Assembly: GCF_009914755.1 (NCBI RefSeq) | Contig: NC_060932.1 | Length of the DNA: 64,000 nt | Direction: 5' to 3' (one strand) | Source: the human T2T-CHM13v2.0 reference genome, Homo sapiens | In this document: in pieces, positions 59,576 through 64,000 of the stretch | Position numbering within the stretch: the first letter of the stretch is position 1 | Layout of the letters: the number at the start of each line of letters is the position of its first letter | Made by a program: the position numbers and the translations under genes | Notes under the pieces: model-generated | What the model was told of the DNA's origin: nothing | Seen by the model: the letters and a program-made list of their open reading frames with translations, nothing else | Databases searched by the model: none

Positions 59576-61633
59576 TTATTTTTATTATTGCTTTTGTTTT
59601 ATATTTCAAAAGCTGTGCTACCTCTACTTTAAAGTTAAGCCCTCTGATCCAGATTCTGTTAGAAAAGTCATCTTTTGTGCACCCCTGCAGAACATGTGGC
59701 CATGATCTTTGCCACAACGGAAACTCAGCATAAAATACACAATAGCAAGATGTCTGGACAGCAGTCCTTTACTTTACAAGCTTGTTAGATATCGACTCTA
59801 GGAAAGCCTTGGGCTTGGCACCTCCTAATCAATTTGGAGACTGGCACAGGTCAAACGTGCTAGTTAGTAAGGATCTGTTTGAATCCTGCTCTGTCAATTA
59901 TGGTCTAAGACAAAAATGCGGAGTAGATGGTACCCAGTATGTTGATGACAGGGCCAATCAATTTGTGACTTAGGGTGGCTCTTTAGATTACACATTGAAA
60001 TCGCCAAGACACTCTGTCAATTCAAGAGCCTAAAAGGCTTTGACAAGATCAAAAGACTCATGGCATTATGGACCACGAGTGCATAAAGATGGGGACAATG
60101 TGGCACCATGCCACAGATCATTTTATCCATCCAATGGGAGATTGAAATCTGCTACAAGACACCACCTCTTTTTCCTTCAGTAATCTCATTCGTGCAAACC
60201 ACAAATCTTACTTTGTGGCACGTAACAAGATAGTCTGTCAACAGAACAAATGTGGAAATCAGTGAACTGTAACACACAGCAGAGTACCCTAGCACAAGAA
60301 GTATATATGCAGATACACATCCCAGGCCCACTCCTAACAATATGAACAACATAAATGGTGGAAAAACAGCTGTGGCAAGCTGGCCAAAAAGTGTATCATC
60401 ATAATCTTTGGCAGATTCACCAGGTGGTAACATGAACTAGCAAGGAGAGATGGGTTTTTTTGCCAACTGCCTCTGTAAACCAACCAGTTTTCTTACGTTC
60501 ACAAAAAACCCACTCCTCTTGGCAGCAGCATCCTCTCCAAAAACGCCAGTGTCTTTCAACTACCCTGCTATTATTGCCTTTGGCTCAGAAATGCCTCTAG
60601 TAAATAACCCAATGCAAAGAGAGAGCCAGTGAGGCACACGGTTCTTCAGAGAGCTCTGTTGATATGAAGCAATGTTCTATTTTTAATATGAAAGTTTTCA
60701 GTGAGCTGGGAGTTGATCTTATAACCTGATTGTCCCTTTCACTCTTTTCTCTCCTTGACTCAAGCACCTGGCAGAATGCTGGGCACACAGCTGTTCGAAT
60801 GAGTTCAACTGAAATGTGGCTTCCTTGTGGCAACATACTAGATTTTTCACCTCTGTTACAACTTGATCACTGACCTTTTTATGAACACTATGCCCTGCTA
60901 GAGGAATATGCACAACTTTTGGTAGTTTATCCATGGGTGTATTAATTCTTGTCACTGTGCAGAGAAGGGAGGTACAAAAAGCAATTGCCAAGCTAAGGAG
61001 ATATAGCACGGTAGCTTATTTTGCTGATGACTAACGAGATGCAAAGGCAAAGTTTTAATCCAAAAGTATTAAGTTGCAGTGAGAGGCTGCTGCTTCATCA
61101 TATCATATAGGATTCTGCTGGATTTTACTCCTTTCCCATCACATTCATCTCCTTTCTCTGCCTTGGTCCGCACTATTCTTTCTGCCTGGAAGGCAGCCCA
61201 GCACATTTCTGCCTGTCCACTAGCAGGTCAAGGTTCAGTCTTCCGCCCTTCCTCCACACAGCAGCCAGAAGTCCCCTTGTCATCTCTCACCTTTTAAAAC
61301 TACCCATGCCATTCAGATGCCCCTTAGCCTTTACTGCCTTGTTGTGTACTTTTTTTGTGGACCTATCTTATCCATGGAAGAGGACAAAATGCTGCAGAGT
61401 GGCTACCATAGCTCTATGCTGCAGGATTTTCAGCAGAACTGTGAGGTAAGTGTTATTTCATCCATTTCATAAATGGAGTTCTTGGAGAGTCTATTTGCCT
61501 AGCCTGTCACATGATTGGTTCAGTTTCCTTTGCAGAGTTAGGCAAAAACAATGAAAATTTAAGCACACCTATCTTTAACCTTCCTATCTAGGGATCTAGC
61601 CCACAAGTATACACATTTATACAGATAAGCATG

Positions 61634-62412
<779 letters not shown>

Positions 62413-62989
62413 TAATTTTTATGTAGTTATTTCAACATTAATTGCAATGAAATTACATTCAAAAGAAGCCACATGTCCAGTGACAGAGAAGTGTCTTAAT
62501 AAATTATGACATGGATACCATAATTTTATATATACACACGCACATACATATATATGTATATAATGGAATACTCCTCATCTTTTAGAGAGTAAGACAGAAA
62601 GAGAAAACTACACATGAATATTTCTCAGTGCTGAGAAGAGTAAATACTTGTTGAATGAATGAATAGATCACCAAGATATAGTGTGAGAAAAGCAAATCTC
62701 TAAACACTATTATATGACTCCACTTATGCTATAAAGCTATTTGCACACTCACATACACACAGTGTGTTGTCACTCAATATGTTATCTTTTTTTTTTTTTT
62801 TAAAAAAAAGGAGGTTTATGTTCATGTATTACTTAGGTAATAAAAAAATAACATGGAAAGCAATAGATAACCTGGTGTGGGTGGCTTAGGTATTAGGTTG
62901 TGAAGTAGAAGGTGGACTAAACTTAGCTGCTTTGGAAGCCCCTTCTTTTTCACTTGTACTTTCCTCTGTTTTTATAGTGGAAAGAGCAG

Positions 62990-63280
62990 ACCTGCAGTTG
63001 AAAGACTCTTGTTCTGGCTCTGTCAACACTGACCCGAATGACTTTAGCTGAGTCGCCCAACCTGCAGAAGGCTTGTCACTTATTCTTTAGCCAGAGAATA
63101 GAAATAATGTCTATCTTCCAAGGTTAACTCTGAGAACAAGTAAGCTGATGCATGTAATAGCTCCTGATCAACTATAAAGCACTATCCAAATGCAGTAGGG
63201 TATATTATTTATCATTGTGATTATTACTCCCATAAAATGCTAACACAGTGTCTCACATAGATAAGGCACATAATATAAAT
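62990..63280 (+). mobile_element. Degenerate MIR fragments
   Basis: ttctggctctgtcaacactgac...aataatgtctatcttccaagg...acacagtgtctcacatagataaggcac. Confidence 0.45.
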
Positions 63281-64000
63281 TAGGGAAGTGAATGAACATA
63301 TTAGAATATGTGAATTCACTCTTCTGTATTCATTCAGCATTTGCTCCCTCTAAAGAGTTCTTGTAGTCTTTTAGGGGTATCTTCTCAGGAAAAATTAAAG
63401 AGATCTGAATCCTCTATTTCATCTGACATAAGATAGTAATGATTTTAAGACTTGGATTAATTTTATGTACAACTAAGACAGAAAAAGAATGATGCTAAAT
63501 AAACTATGTCACACAATGTTGCCTGATTTTGAAAATGTGAAAGAATATGTGCATTTAAAAATCTGTGAAATACAGTATTTAAATGAAAGGCTTCAGGCAA
63601 ATTAGCTGATCAATTATACATTATGTCTCTCAAATGAAATTGCTAATTTAATAATAAAGCATGATTTTCTCATACCAATGGTGTTTTACAGTGCCTTTTC
63701 CCCTTTGGATATGCTGGTCACAGCATTTTTTTTTTCATGTTTTAAAAATTATAGAGAATAGATAATTACTAGTGAATGCTGACCTTTTCCTTATTATGAG
63801 TAATTGTGCTATTAAAAGCATCATTTGGACCTTAATTTGATATACAAATTATTCAATTACCTAGTCTGCAGTTGTAAGGACTTTTAGCAGTCACCATTAT
63901 TTGGTGAGGGGGAAGGTTAGCATGAAGCAATTTCATCGTGTACTCCATTGCAAAAATTTTAGTTGTACCAAAACAGTATTAAAGTAGTGGGTAAGCCAAT

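Noticed and set aside
59700-61050. Repeat-poor stretch with several short ORFs
   Set aside because: No ORF resembles a protein and no convincing exon pair was seen; conservation cannot be judged from sequence alone.

Overview
Human (primate) genomic DNA, AT-rich, mostly intronic and rich in interspersed repeats. The one secure coding feature is a 130-bp minus-strand exon (32104->31975) encoding [43 protein letters not shown](G). I recognise this from memory as the N-terminal half of the SAM domain of SAMD12 (its third coding exon), so the whole window is most likely SAMD12 introns 2 and 3 read right to left. The rest is about 19 Alu/FLAM copies, MaLR LTRs (one two-LTR proviral remnant), L1M, L2, MIR, hAT/Tigger DNA transposon fossils and microsatellites. 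Nearly all ORF-track entries are repeat-derived or chance ORFs. I found no prokaryote-style system such as CRISPR or an operon, and no clearly new biological system. Best leads: (1) a candidate in-frame alternative last exon at 26513->26407 giving a SAM-truncated, hydrophobic-tailed isoform; (2) two candidate poison mini-exons with near-consensus splice sites; (3) a very young AluYg6-type insertion; (4) two short locally templated duplications and a perfect 49-bp tandem duplication; (5) a ~480-bp almost pure A/T array apparently grown from an Alu tail. Repeat subfamily names and boundaries are by eye and approximate.
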